In this document: piece by piece, positions 13,107 to 27,429 of the stretch | Layout of the letters: the number at the start of each line of letters is the position of its first letter | How positions within the stretch are numbered: position 1 is the stretch's first letter | Source of the DNA: Octopus vulgaris | Taxonomy: Eukaryota | Direction of reading: 5' to 3' | DNA: 64,000 nucleotides | NCBI GenBank assembly: GCA_951406725.2 | Contig: OX597816.1 | Location: 11,842,001 to 11,906,000 of the forward strand | The notes under the pieces: model-generated | Seen by the model: the letters and a program-made list of their open reading frames with translations, nothing else | The model's database searches: none | Told to the model about the DNA's origin: nothing | Made by a program: the position numbers and the translations under genes

Positions 13107-13273
13107 CTGTGTGTGTGTTTGTGTGTGTGTGTTTGTGTGTGTGTATGTGTGTGCTTGTGTGTGTTTGTGTGTGTGTGTGTGCGTGTTTGTGTTTGTATGT
13201 GTGTGTTTGTGTGTGTGTATGTGTGTGCTTGTGTATGTTTGTGTGTGTGTGTTTGTGTGTGTGTGTTTGTGTG

Positions 13274-13320
<47 letters not shown>

Positions 13321-13501
13321 TTGTGTGTGTGTTTGTGTGTGTGTGTGTTTTTGTGTGTGTGTTTGTGTGTTTTTGTGTGTGTGTGTGTGTGTGTGTTTTG
13401 TGTGTGTGTGTTTGTGCGTGTGTTTTTGTGTGTGTTTTTGTGTGTGTGTTTTTGTGTGTGTGTTATTGTGTGTGTGTGTGTGTGTGTTTATGTGTGTGTG
13501 T
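13107..13501. repeat. Imperfect (TG)n microsatellite
   Basis: Direct observation. Confidence 0.97.
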
Positions 13502-14183
13502 GGATCATAAGCGACAGACTCAAGCACACAAATTTATATTAAATTTTCACCATATTTTCGTTTGTTATTGAAGAGCGTAGGAAAATCACATCATACTTCC
13601 TCCTAATAATAATAATTTTGAAGGTGGATAAAACAAGACTTTCAAACACACTGCAACCACGACACACAATCATAAGGTCACGGTTTCGATTCCTGGACCA
13701 GGTGTTGTATTATATCGTTGATTAAACACTTCATTTCACATGGCTTCAGTCCACTCAGCTGTAACCGAGTTCCAACAATAACTGGGAAGTTAATCCTACA
13801 ATTCACTAGCATCCCATCCTGGGGCATGTGCTGCAATATCTGTCGCTTGCCTATTCAAATGTACTCTGTATTTGCGTAACAATTTGTAAATCATTGAAAC
13901 ATTAAGAAGCTAAACTCACTTTATCAACCTCGAATAAAGCTGCACGGATGCGTCTACCCTGAATAAAGGGTACCACTTTGAATAAAGTTGCACAGATATG
14001 TCTACCCTGGATGAAGATCTACTGCAATTGAACCAACTGGATGCTCATAAATGCTACAACAAAAGGACATTAGGACACATATGCAGCAGAAACACGTGTC
14101 GGGTTGGAATCTTATGTGAATATAATGAGAAGAATCCTGTAGTAAATAAGTTCTGAAGATGGATAATTTTCCATTATTCTTGA

Positions 14184-14712
14184 TTGTATACTTTGTACTT
14201 TATCTATTTACTTTATATACTTCGTACTTTATCTATGGTACTTTATATACTTTCTGTTTTATATATTGAACTTTGTATACTTGTACTTTATCTTTGGTCT
14301 TTATTTATTGTACTTTATATACTTTGTACTTTATATAACTTGTACTTTACCTATTGTACCTTATATATTTTGTACTTTACTATTGCACTTTGTCTTTGTA
14401 CTTTATATATTGTACTTTATATATTTTGTACTTTATTGTACTTTATATACTTTGTACTTTATCTTTGTACCTTATATACTTTGTACTTTATCTTTGTACC
14501 TTATATACTTTGTACTTTATCTATTGTACTTTAGATACTTTGTACTTTATCTTTGTACCTTATATACTTTGTACTTTATCTATTGTACTTTAGATACTTT
14601 GTACTTTATCTATTGTACTTTATATACTTTGTACTTTATTGTTCTTTATATACTTTGTACTTTATTTTACCTTATATACTTTGTACTTTATTTGTACTTT
14701 ATATACTTTATC
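14184..14712. repeat. AT-rich minisatellite built on TGTACTTTATA/TGTACTTTATC units
   Basis: Dozens of tgtacttt recurrences at short (~13-16 nt) spacing. Confidence 0.9.
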
Positions 14713-15808
14713 CTTGATCATATACTCCGTACCCTGTGTGAAACGCACAGAAGTGAACTCAGAATTTATCATGTGAAGTACCGTGTAATTATTTACCTTA
14801 AACAATTTTATGCATTCCCTATCAGTCATGTGGTTAACGAGAACCTGGATTATATTAGAGTAGTCATAACGTGTCTGTCTAGATTCCAAATCATTATTCC
14901 TTCACACTAAACTTCCTATATACGTGTGTGTATATATGCTTATGCACGTGCGTGTTTTAATATATTAACATGCTTGTTGAATAATGCATAAATTTAATCA
15001 ATGAAGAAAAATTTTTATTTAAAAAAGTACTGGGTGTATATAAAATGCAGAGGCATTGCTTTAATCATTAAGATTAAAAGAGAGTGTTGAAGCATCTGTG
15101 AAAATGTTGGCTTCCATAAAGAAGACAGGATTGATGTTGGAATAAAAATGACCAAACTGATAACTAAGGATCTGATCATCATCTGTGAGATGGGATTTGG
15201 ATTAATTGTAATTTACTACTTCTGTATATATGTGTGTTCGTGTTTTTTTACATTTATACACACACACAGACATACACATATGTACATATATTTATGTATA
15301 TATATATATATATGTATACACACACACATAGATATATACATACATACGTGGAGAGAGAGAGAGAGAGAAAGAGAGAAAGAGAGATAGATAGATATTTAGA
15401 TAGATAGATAGATAGATAGATATACACACATATATGTATATATATATCTATAGATATAATGCTGCATATATACAAAAATATATGTAGAGATAACACTATA
15501 ATAATACACATGTGTGTGTGTGTATGAGACTGTGTGTGTATGAGCGTGTGTCTGCATATGTAGAGATATGTATGTGTAGATATATATATATTTCCATGGC
15601 CATTGCCAGTACCGCCTGACAGGCTCTTGTGCCAGTTGCACGTAAAAGCACCCACTACTCTCTTGGAGTGGTTGGCGTTAGCAAGGGTATCCAGCTGTAG
15701 AAACTCTACCAGATCAAGACTGGAGCCTGGTGCAGCCATCTGGTTCGCCAGACCTCAGTCAAATTGTCCAACCCATGCTAGCATGGAAAGCGGACATTAA
15801 ACGATGAT

Positions 15809-15860
<52 letters not shown>

Positions 15861-16039
15861 GACATATATATATATATATACACACACACACAGACATACA
15901 TATATATATATATATACACATACATACACACACACATATATATGTATATAATTTATATTTACATATATATATACACACATACACACACGAACATATGTAT
16001 ATATATGGATGTACACAGATAAACATAGTTATTCACAAA

Positions 16040-16081
<42 letters not shown>

Positions 16082-16248
16082 AGCACAGATTTATATACAC
16101 AAATATATACGTATACACGCACACACATGTTGCACACATATATTGGTGCACCTCTATGTGTGTATGCACGCGTGTGCATTATTTTCCTGTGTACACACAC
16201 ACACACACAAAGTCATTTTCTCTGGTGTATAGAATATTTGTGAAACTG

Positions 16249-16371
16249 TCATTGGAGAAGACTCTCAGAACTCTGATTCGCCATAATGTTTGCAAGAATT
16301 TCTGCAGGAAGTGATAAACATCCCATAACAAAGTTTTTAATGGTCTTCAAGACAATGCTAAGTATTTCAGA
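16249..16371 (-). CDS. Candidate terminal exon, product unknown
   Basis: Minus-strand acceptor tcttcgtttcag, then SEILSIVLKTIKNFVMGCLSLPAEILANIMANQSSESLLQ*; unique sequence between repeats. A plus-strand reading is also possible. Confidence 0.2.
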   Translation of the reverse strand, partial: SEILSIVLKTIKNFVMGCLSLPAEILANIMANQSSESLLQ

Positions 16372-16440
16372 CTGAAACGAAGACACACAGATTCACAGAA
16401 CACACTTCCTTCTTTGTCTAGTCACTCTTTTATCATTTTT

Positions 16441-16442
16441 AT

Positions 16443-16477
<35 letters not shown>

Positions 16478-16765
16478 TTATTATTATTATTATTATTAAT
16501 ATTATTATTATTATTATTGTTTTTGTTGCTGTTATTTTTATTATTGTTGTTATTATTATTGTTATTATTGTTGATATTATTATTATTATTATTATTATCA
16601 TCATTATTATTATTATTAGTATTATTATTGTTGTTGTTGTTATTATTTTTATTTTTATTTTTATTATTGTTATTATTATTATTATTATCGTTATTATTAT
16701 TATCATCATCATCATCATTATTATCATTATTATCATCATTATTATTTTTATTATTATTATTATCA

Positions 16766-16825
<60 letters not shown>

Positions 16826-16855
16826 TTATTATTATCATTATTGCTGTTGTTGTTA

Positions 16856-16899
<44 letters not shown>

Positions 16900-17020
16900 G
16901 TTGTTATTATTATTGTTATTATTATTGTTGTTACTATTATTATTAGTATTGTTATTATTATTATCATAAGTAGTAGTATTGTTATTATTATTGTTATTGT
17001 TATTATTATTGTTGTTATTT
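16441..17020. repeat. (ATT)n/(ACT)n/(GTT)n compound microsatellite
   Basis: Direct observation; explains the poly-Ile and poly-Leu ORFs. Confidence 0.97.
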
Positions 17021-17215
17021 TCGTTGTTTTGTTTTGTATGTTTGTTTTTTTTATTTGTTTTGTATGTTTGTTTTTTTTATTTGTGAGTGTTTGTGTATTG
17101 TGTTTTGTATTTGTTGGTGACACCAACTCAGAAATAACAACTTTTAAGTTTTGTTTCCACTTTTATGTTCTGCCAATGAACCAACCAGCCAGCAAACCAG
17201 CCAGCAAGCCAATGA

Positions 17216-17401
<186 letters not shown>

Positions 17402-17547
17402 TAAATGTATGTATGTATGCATTTATGTGTGTGTGTATGTTTGTATGTATGTATGTGTGCACGTATGCATGGATGTATGTATATATGTATGTATATGTGT
17501 ATGTGTATGCATCAATGTATATATGTATGTATGTGGTTATATATATG

Positions 17548-17925
17548 TTAGTTAGTTAGTTAGTTAGTTAATTTGGCTCAAAAGCAAATAGCAAGGCCAT
17601 GTAGGGGGACATGGAGTTAAGTACAGGGTGGTGTTCATGTAAAGAGTTCAGGCCACTTGAGGTCAAGGGAGGCTTTGAACAAAGCGGTCGTCGGCATCTT
17701 CCCCATCTCGTCTGGCAGCTTGTTCCACGGATCCGCAACCTGGATGGAGAAAGCTCCTCTCCTTCGATTGAGATGAAATCGTCGCAGGTAGAGCTTTTCG
17801 GAATGACCCCGCAGCCGACGCTCTGGAGCAGGAGTGAAGAACAGCTCTTCTGAGAGGTTACACTTTCCGCTTATGATGTTGTGGGCGAGAATGAGATCAC
17901 CACGGCGGCGGCGTTTTTCAAGAGA
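17548..17925 (-). pseudogene. 5'-truncated CR1-clade LINE 3' end with (TAAC)n tail
   Basis: Minus strand SLEKRRRRGDLILAHNII...RRLRGHSEKL...FSIQVADPWNKLP...FKASLD (one frameshift). Confidence 0.9.
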
Positions 17926-19100
17926 ATAAAGGTCATATGTGTGTGTGTGTCTGTGTGGATGTATGTAGGCATATATGTATATACGTATTTATACATGTAT
18001 GTATGTACATACACACTTATATATGTATGTGTGTATAAATGTATAAGTATGTATGTACATAGGTATGTAGTCCTCCCCCTCCCCTCCCCCTCCTCATCGT
18101 TACTCTTATCAACACCGTCACTACCACCACCACCACCACCACCACCACCACCACCACCACCACCAACTACCACTATCATCGTCATCACCACTATCACCAC
18201 CACCACCACAACTACCATCCTCACTAGCTCTACTATCACCATCACGTATGTATGCATGGATATATCAAACGATAGAGCTGGAAAATGGAATGTACTAGAA
18301 ACTTCATTGCTCACAACAATCGTTTCGACCTATCCTTCATCGATTCCAGGCAGGTGGTATATTGCACAACTGGTTGTGGTGCATCTCTTCATCAGAAAGC
18401 ATCTTGTCAAGTGATGCTATAAGTGGCATCTCATTGAGCAACCTTGTTTTGCTCGATTTTAATACAGCTTGTTAGGGAACATAGGTTTAAGCCGTTGGGC
18501 AGGAATGGCAAGGGACAGATTCCATTGTGATGTTATAAACAACCATCTGCTTGTGTTTATGCCTGTACGTATGTATATACATTTGTGTGTATGTATGTAT
18601 GTATGTATGTATGCATCGGTAAAGGTATTAGTTGCCAATTCTGTACAAGACATTGTAGATCTTTAGCTGGGCTAAAAAGTCACATTCGATCTCAGTTAAG
18701 CTTCGTGCAATGGCCATACTCGATAACGAGGGGGCAGCCATAATGTATTTATGTATATATGTATTAATGCGTATATGTATGCACATACGTAGATGTGTAT
18801 TTATGTGTGTTTATGCATGTGTATATGTATGTATATTTGTCTACGCATGTATGTCTGCCTCTATGAATGATGTGTGTATAGATACAAGCGTTTGTGCATG
18901 TATGTAATTATGGATTTATGTACATATTATGTATGCATGCCTACATGTATGTATATATATGTGTGTTTGTATGTATATATACATGTATGTATGTATGTTT
19001 AGTTCCATGTATATGCTTTTGTTGCCATCATCATCTTCATTTACTAACCATTTTTTATGCAGGCATGAGTTTATGGCTTGACAGAATCCAGTGGCTCGAA

Positions 19101-19259
19101 CATCATCATCATCATCATCAACATTGTTGTCGTCATCAACACCACCACCATCATCACCACCACCACCACCACCACCATCACCACCACCACCACCACCACC
19201 ACCACCACCACCACCACCACCACCACCACCACCACCACCACCACCACCACCACCACCAT

Positions 19260-19291
<32 letters not shown>

Positions 19292-19350
19292 TCATCATTG
19301 TCGTCGTCCTCACCACCACCACCACCATCATCATTGCCATCATCATCACT
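19101..19350. repeat. (CAC)n/(CAT)n microsatellite
   Basis: Direct observation. Confidence 0.97.
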
Positions 19351-20611
19351 GTCGCCATTGAGTAACCCCTTTCACCCTTTTAAATCCTAACCTACCATCT
19401 CAGAGAAATAAAATCCACATTAGACAATATAATCCTTGATATACGCAAAGGCAATGAACTGACAAGATTATTTAATGTCTGACACAAGGCATTGTGACAT
19501 TCGCTTCAACTTTCTGCAGTTTGAGTTCAACTCCTGTTTTGTTCAATTCGAGAATTGATAAAACAACCCATCCAGTTAGTTTGGTGGAATGGTAAAAATG
19601 TTAGAGATGAGATGCTAAGATGTCTTGCAGTGTCTGTCCTGGTTCTTAGTTTTTGCTGCTGGACTGGCTCCTGTGCAGGTGGCACATAAACAGCACCAGT
19701 TGAGCATGGCCGTTGCCAGTACCGCCTGATTGGCCCTTGTGCCGGAGGCACGTAAAAGCACCCACTACACTCTCGGAGTGGTTGGCGTTAGGAAGGGCAT
19801 CCAGCTGTAGAAACTCTCCCAGATCAGATTGGAGTCTGATGCAGCCATCTGGTTTGCCAGTCCTCAGTCAAATCGTCCAACCCATGCTAGCATGGAAAGC
19901 AGACGTTAAACGGTGATGATGATGTCTCTTATAATACTGGTTCCAAGATGTACAGTAATGCAAATGGCACCCATGCCGGTGGCACGTAACAGCAACCATT
20001 ACACTCTCAGAGTGGTTGGCGTTGGGAAGGGCATCCAGCTGTAGAAAACCATGCCAATTCAGACTGGAGTCTGGTGCAGCTTTCCAGCATGCCCACCCAG
20101 TCAAACCGTCCAGCCTATGCCAGTATGGACAATGGATGCTAAAAGATGATGATGATGATAATAATTATGATGATGATGATGATGATGATGATAATGATGT
20201 TAACAAGCAAAAAGATGAAAGTTAAAATAAATGTCTGCACTTAAATTACCTGTGTCCAGTTGTACGGACAACATTGTGCAGGCAGAGATCGTACATGGAA
20301 TGGTCATGGCTGGAATACATTTGACCGTTACTGGTCTGCTTATTTAATTATGACTTGAGGGTAAATAACAGTAATTAATTCCAATAATTGAAATATATAT
20401 CACAACTAAGTTAATTAATTTTAGCACTTAGAGTTATAAAAAATAATTTAAAAACTAAGCATGTTTTTTTTAAGTGATTAATTATAAAATAATGTTAGTA
20501 ATAACAATAATGTTAATGATAATAAGCTTAAAATAATGTTATTAAAAAATAATATGATTCGGAGCAAAATAATGATTAGCAAGATACAACTAATTAAATG
20601 TCAAATCAGAT

Positions 20612-20806
20612 TTCATCATCTTTATCATCCTCATAATCTTCTTCGCTATCGCCATCATCATCATCAGTAGCAGCAGCGGCAGCAGCAGCAACATCAACGA
20701 CATCAGCATCGTCCTTGTCGTCTCTGTCGTCGTCGTCGTTGTCCTCCTTCTCCTCCTCCTCATCATTATCATCATCATCATCACCATCATTATCATCCTC
20801 ATCCTC

Positions 20807-20864
<58 letters not shown>

Positions 20865-20908
20865 CAATCATCATCACAATCATCATCATCATCATCATCA
20901 CCATCACA

Positions 20909-20958
<50 letters not shown>
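20612..20958. repeat. (CAT)n compound microsatellite
   Basis: Direct observation. Confidence 0.95.
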
Positions 20959-21979
20959 TAAGATATATATTCGTTTCTACTCTAGTCACAAGGCCTGAAA
21001 TTTTGGGGGAAGGGGCCAGCATTTTGCCCGGCGTGCAAACGCTTCTACCAGCTCGCTGCTTTAAAGAATCTTTTCTACTCTAGGCACAAAGTCTGACATT
21101 TTTGGGTAGGGACCCTATCAATTAGATAGACCCTAGTACACAACTGGTACTTAATTTATCGACCTCAAAAATATGAAAGGCAAAGTCGACCTCAGTGGAA
21201 TTTGAACTGAGAAAGAAACGACAGACGAAATACATTTCGTCAGGCTTGCTAATGAGGCTAAAGCCAGCTCGCCACCTTTCAGTAAGAGACATATTAATAT
21301 CTGACTGATACCAACCCTTTGTTCTTCTCTTGTCTTCTTTCTAAGCACTAGAGCAGCACTTTTAAAGGGGCACCACTTTTGGGTAGGCAGTATGTGTTTT
21401 TTGTGAGGGTCTGAGTGTGACAAACGGAAGGGCCATCCCAGGTGGCACACACTCTAGAGCTACACTAGTGTTCCTAAGTTTATAAAAGTGAGTGCAGGTT
21501 GTGTTATGGGCAAAGGTGTAGCTTTACGATATGAAATTGGCTTCCCACCCTGACTATTCAAGTTGAGTTTCATTGATTGTCACCTTGAGCAGGTGTCTTC
21601 TCTGATAATTGTTGACCAGCAAAAGCCTTGTCTGTGAACTTCGTAGACAGAAAATGAATCACAAAAGCTATCATGGTAAAGGCAAGTAGCTTGATGGTTA
21701 GAATATTCGGTTTCACGATTGTAAGATCATGAGTTCAATTCCTTCCAGGGCGGAATCTTTATTTCATGTTCCTTCAGTCTACTCAGCTGGCAAAAACGAG
21801 TTTTACCTGTAAATCAAAGGGCCAGCCTTGTGCCATCCTGTATCAAACTCAATCACACTGAGAACTACATAACTGGTACACATGTCTATGGAGTACTCAG
21901 CCATGTGCACGCTAATTTCATCAGATTAACTGAATCCTTTATCGTATGCATATAGGTCTTTGTTTGTATCTGTGTACAT

Positions 21980-22817
21980 GATCTGATAATAAATATCCGT
22001 ATTGTTGCCATACTAACGAAGCTAAGATAGACAGGGTAAAGCTGCATGGCACAGATTGACCTTGAACTCTGCTGTGCATGTGCACTAACTTTTAACATTC
22101 TAGCTCACTTCTGCTGTATACAGCAGTGTTTGGAAGGAAGGTGTGTAGCGTGTGATTGTCGCATTAACCATAACAGAAAAAGTTGAGCAGAGAATCTGCA
22201 TCATATTTTGCCAAAAGCTTGATGATACCTGCTCAGAAGCCAAGGTAAAGTTTTCAAAGAGTTTTCATCATTCTCAACACAATTAAGGAGATCTTGTGCA
22301 ACTGAAACCTGTGGACTTTTTTATCATCTGAAAGCAGTTTGGCACAAACTTGGCAGACACACGTCTCATACCCAAATCTTCAGAGATAATGGACAGAACT
22401 GAACTGTAACTAATCTGCACATCCTATGATAACTCACAGATGGTGATTCGATGATTTCCCCCTCACAGCTGCCCACACATCTGCAATGTTTTTCTCAGTT
22501 CTGCTGGTTGCATGTCTCCCAGAATGTTCGTCAATGTCGACACATCTATAAACTCTCTATAAACTTTCAGCAACTTTGCATAGACCTCTGAGCAGGTATC
22601 ACCATGACAACTTTGTCATGGTCAATACAACAATCACACGCTACACACCTTCCTTCCAAATACTGCTGTAAACGGCGGAAATTTGCTTGGATGTTAAAAC
22701 TTAGTGCACATGCACAATAGAGTTTAAGGTCAAGCTATACCAAGCAGCTTCACTCTGCATGCTTTAGCTTCGTTACTATGGCAACAGTCCGGATACTTAT
22801 TGACCAAACCTCTTACA
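21980..22817. mobile_element. Non-autonomous mariner built from two inverted 5' ends
   Basis: About 21980-22250 is inverted at about 22560-22817; plus strand TEKVEQRICIIFCQKL; minus strand DEHSGR...IISEDLGMRRVSAKFVP (WVPHEL-type motif). Confidence 0.8.
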
Positions 22818-23460
22818 TGTCAATGTCACTTCTCCTCGATTTCGCACGATACTTGTAAACGAATCGCATTGTCATACAAGCAGTGTCCCTCTTTTCCAAT
22901 CATCCATCAACTTATGTCAAACCATGGAGAAATATCACTTTACGTATGAACAGCTAAGGGTTAGTAACAGGAAGAGCATCTGGTTGTAAAATATGCATCA
23001 CAACAAACTCCCCTCCAACCCATGCAAGCATGGAAAAGCAGACGTTAAATCTATGACGATGATGATGAATCTAAGCAATACGAAATAGAAGCTGATATTT
23101 ACTACATATAATAGGTACCCAGATTTGGTAAATAAATTACCAAATTCCTGTTAAAATATCTTGCATAAATGACAAAAATTTATTATCAGCTGAAGACTGA
23201 AGACCAAGGTAGAAATAAAATTACATTTGTATTATATAAATAACACATTGTCTAAATTTGATATATTGGAAGTTCTGTCAGTTTCAATTGAATACTGTGT
23301 TTTGTGCATTATCATATAATAACACTTTTAGCTGTAGTCGCAGGTGTTGCTGTAGTTATGATCTGTAGGTTTCATGCCAATGGTGAAATATGTAAAGAAT
23401 TGGTAGGTGAGCAGATATATATATGTAATGAAATTCACAGTCACTCTCTTCTCCACCTCC

Positions 23461-23860
<400 letters not shown>

Positions 23861-23948
23861 TCTTTTACTTCAAAGACTTGTACAAGTGAGGATTTAAAGT
23901 AAGGCCACTAATGTCTTCAGATGAAACTAGAGCAATCTTCTGTATATG

Positions 23949-23985
<37 letters not shown>

Positions 23986-24217
23986 ATATTTATAAAACAT
24001 ATATACATGTACGTGTTTATTTATTTTGGTAGTTTTGACTTTAAGAGTCCCTCCTAGCATGTGGCATTTATGTATAGTATTGCCCTCAATATAAATAAAT
24101 ACATGTACACATATATATTTTATGAATATACATAATATTCATATAATATATATGTATATATGTTATATATACTATATATGCATGTATATTATGTATGTAT
24201 ATACATTTATATATAAA

Positions 24218-24417
24218 GGGAAAGTTTACAAAAATAAACAAAAGACAAAGGCAGGTGGAGTACAAACAAACAAATGTATTAGTATAGAACTCAGGAATAG
24301 AAAAGGTCTTTTACGTTTCGAGCCTACGCTCTTCGACAGAAAGATACACAGAAAAAGCAAGGAGAGAAAAAAAGGAGAGAAAAAAATGCGTGTAGGAGCT
24401 AACGATCTATCATGGCG
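24218..24417 (-). mobile_element. About 200-bp Penelope pLTR-like element with a hammerhead-like motif
   Basis: Homologous to 30586-30775; minus strand cttt-CTGTCGA-a-gagc-gtag-gctc-GAAAC-GTA-aaag at 24308-24343. Confidence 0.65.
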
Positions 24418-24693
24418 TCCTATAAATACGTGTATATGTGTGTGTGTGTGTGTGTGCCCGAAGGTTTGCAAATCCAGCAGAGGCCTAAAAAGATGAGAAG
24501 AACTTAACTGCAACTCTTGATGATCCAAATCAGATATGCAAACTATTTGGGTGTCTTTTCAAAACATTGTCTGGTTTATAAAGTCACATCAGCTGCCATG
24601 ATGGTGCTAAGATGTAGCTACAGGAGGTGGTCAAACTCTGCATGAGGAGTAGACAACCACCATGTACATACATACATACATATATATATATAT

Positions 24694-24995
24694 ATCACAT
24701 GACACGTGACCGACCAGGCTATCAGATGTTGCTACACATCACTGATCACAATGCGCTTCGTATTGTTTTAGCCTGCAATGACGCCACCCCACTGGCTAAG
24801 CGAGCAGGCCAACAGAAGAAAGAGTGAAAGTTGTGATGAAAGAGTACAGCAGGGATCACCAGCACCCCCTGCTGGAGCCTCGTGGAGATTTAGGTGTTTT
24901 AAATCAATAAACACAATGCTCAGTTTGAGAATCAAAATCGTGATCCTACGATCGTGAGTCCGCTGCCCTAACCACTGAGCCATTGCGCCTCCACA
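24694..24995 (-). mobile_element. tRNA-derived SINE (family D head, tail type 3)
   Basis: Head very similar to the 7344 copy up to caactttc; unrelated 3' part ending ggtcggtcacgtg. Confidence 0.8.
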
Positions 24996-25454
24996 AATGT
25001 ATATATATAAATAGTTGAAAAAATATCGTTATAGGTATAAGAATATACAAAAGTTTTGTTTTTTCACATAGGAGGCAAACATTTTTTATTATATATATCT
25101 ATATGTACAGGTAAATAAAAGTACAAAAATATGTTTTCATATAACTCTTATTGTAAAAATATAACTGTATGTTTTCACAAAGTGTGTTTTACACAAACAA
25201 AAAAATTCAGAGAGAATCTCATATCACTAAAAAGTTTTTGTAATAAAAAAAAGTATTCGTCTGAAAATGTTTACTGAATAAATTTTAGTAATTGTAGAAG
25301 TCAAAAGAGGTTTTGCAGAAATCATAGTTTATAGCTATGATTTCTGGCACCAGGTTTCATTGTTGTTCAGCTTATTAAAGTTTAAAGTGTATCTCCAATA
25401 CAATCATATTCACACACACAAACACACACACACATGTACGTGCACACACACAGA

Positions 25455-25750
25455 GTAAAGCTGTCTGAGGCAACAGAGAAGTCCTTTAAGGACAGGCTAA
25501 ATAAGCACAGATCTTTTAAGATGCAAGAGAGTTGCTATGTTATGCAATTAGCAAGTTATATATGGCAATTAAAAGAGAAAAATCAACTGAAAACTGCTGA
25601 AATTATCTGGACCATATTTGGAATCAAATTCCATTTGCTTTACAGAAAGGGAAACCATTTGAAAACCAAGTCATATGAAACAGTTGCTTTCCTGAACTAC
25701 AAAAGAGAAATATTTGAATGATGCTCTTATGAATGGAAATTTGTTTTGGC
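25455..25750 (+). pseudogene. Decayed Penelope-like element GIY-YIG endonuclease C-terminal region
   Basis: ATEKSFKDRLNKHRSFK...QLASYIWQLKEK...IIWTI...LNYKREIFE resembles the PLE pattern FK.R...H..SF...LS.YIW.LK...I.W.I...LN.R.E. Confidence 0.7.
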
Positions 25751-25957
25751 AATGTCGTCGTCCTCATTTTTTTCTATCACTGAATGTTAGATTTGTATGC
25801 ATGCACTGAAATGCACACACACATGCAGAGCTGAGACACTTCAGGTATGGACAACATCGAAATCTGGAAGCAAATCTTCATTCCATTCTGGAATATGTAT
25901 TATAACTTATTGTATAATTTCATTTCAATCGGACTGCAGCTATGTATATGCATCAGA

Positions 25958-26188
25958 AAGGCAGTGAGCTGGCAGAAACGTTAGCACGCCGAGCGAAATG
26001 TGTAGCCGTATTTCGGCTGCCGTTACCTTCTGAGTTCAAATTTCGCTGAGGTCGACTTTGCCTTTCATCCTTTCAGGGTCGATAAATTAAGTACCATTTA
26101 CGCATTGGGATCGATGTAATTGACTTAATCCGTTTGTATGTCCTTGTTTGTCTCCTCTATGTTTAGCCACTTGCGGGTAATAAAGAAA
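25958..26188 (+). mobile_element. Family B SINE
   Basis: aaggcagtgagctggcagaaacgttagc...gggtaataaagaaa. Confidence 0.88.
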
Positions 26189-27429
26189 CACATATATATA
26201 TGGGTATTCAACAAGGCATCAATATTGCCAAGTGCAATAGTTGGCACAAAATCATTAGAAACCATGTAACTGTTTACATGTCATAACCATTAATATTCTT
26301 CTCGACTATGTGTGTGTGTATAGTAGTCTAAGAATGTAGTATGCAGTATCATAGACCCACTTCAGCCAGTTTTATCAGTTCAGTTTCGTACTGAATATAA
26401 AATAACCCGATATTAGATAACAGCAAGATCAAGTAATAACACCCAATGTTTTATAGTAACTGTTTGTTTAATATCCAATAAGAAACGGATAAGATCAGCA
26501 GAAATAGATCTATGATACTGTATATTTTGATTTATACATACATACATGCATAAACACATACATACATAAACACACACATATATGTCAACATATATATAAT
26601 ATACTTTATATATATCATCATCATCATCGTTTAACGTCCATTTTTTATGCTGGCATGGGTTGGACGGTTTGACTGAGGTTTGGAAAGCCAGGAAGCTGCA
26701 CCAGGCTCCAATCTGATCTAGCAATGTTTCTACAGCTGGGTGCCCTTCCTAATGCCAACCACTCAAAGAGTGTAGTGGGTAAATTTTACGTACTACCGGC
26801 ACAGAAGCCAGTCAGATGGACGTGGCATCGACCACATTCGGAGGGTACCATTTTACGTGCCACCGGCACAGGAACCAGTCAGGCAGCACTGACGTTGACC
26901 ATGCTTGAATGGTGTTTTTATGTGCACCTGGCATCGACCATGTTCAGATGGTGCTTTTTACGTGCTACTGGCAAAGGATCCAGTCATGGGGCACTGGACC
27001 CAGCTAAGATATTGGTTTTACATACACACATTTCCTGTCAGTCATCATCATCGTCGTTTAGCGTCCGTTTTCCATGCTAGCATGGGTTGGACCTTCTGAA
27101 GAATATGTTGTGAATTAACCACACAGTTACCAAGGTTCATGCCAGTTAATACAAACATCTTTTAAAGTGATTCAAATGAAAACCTTCCTCCAGCTTTCAT
27201 TGTCGAATTGTGTTCCAAGCAACAGCTTAATAATACCAAAATTATGTAATTAAATTCTTCATTATAGGTGCAATTAAAACAAAAGCAGTTAATTCAATAG
27301 AAATACAGTAACTGTTTTACTTGTTTCACTCAGTTGACTGTGGCCATGTTGGAGCACCACCTTTAATCGAGTAAATCGACACCAGGACTTATTCTTTGTA
27401 AGCCTAGTACATATTCTATCGGTCCCTGG

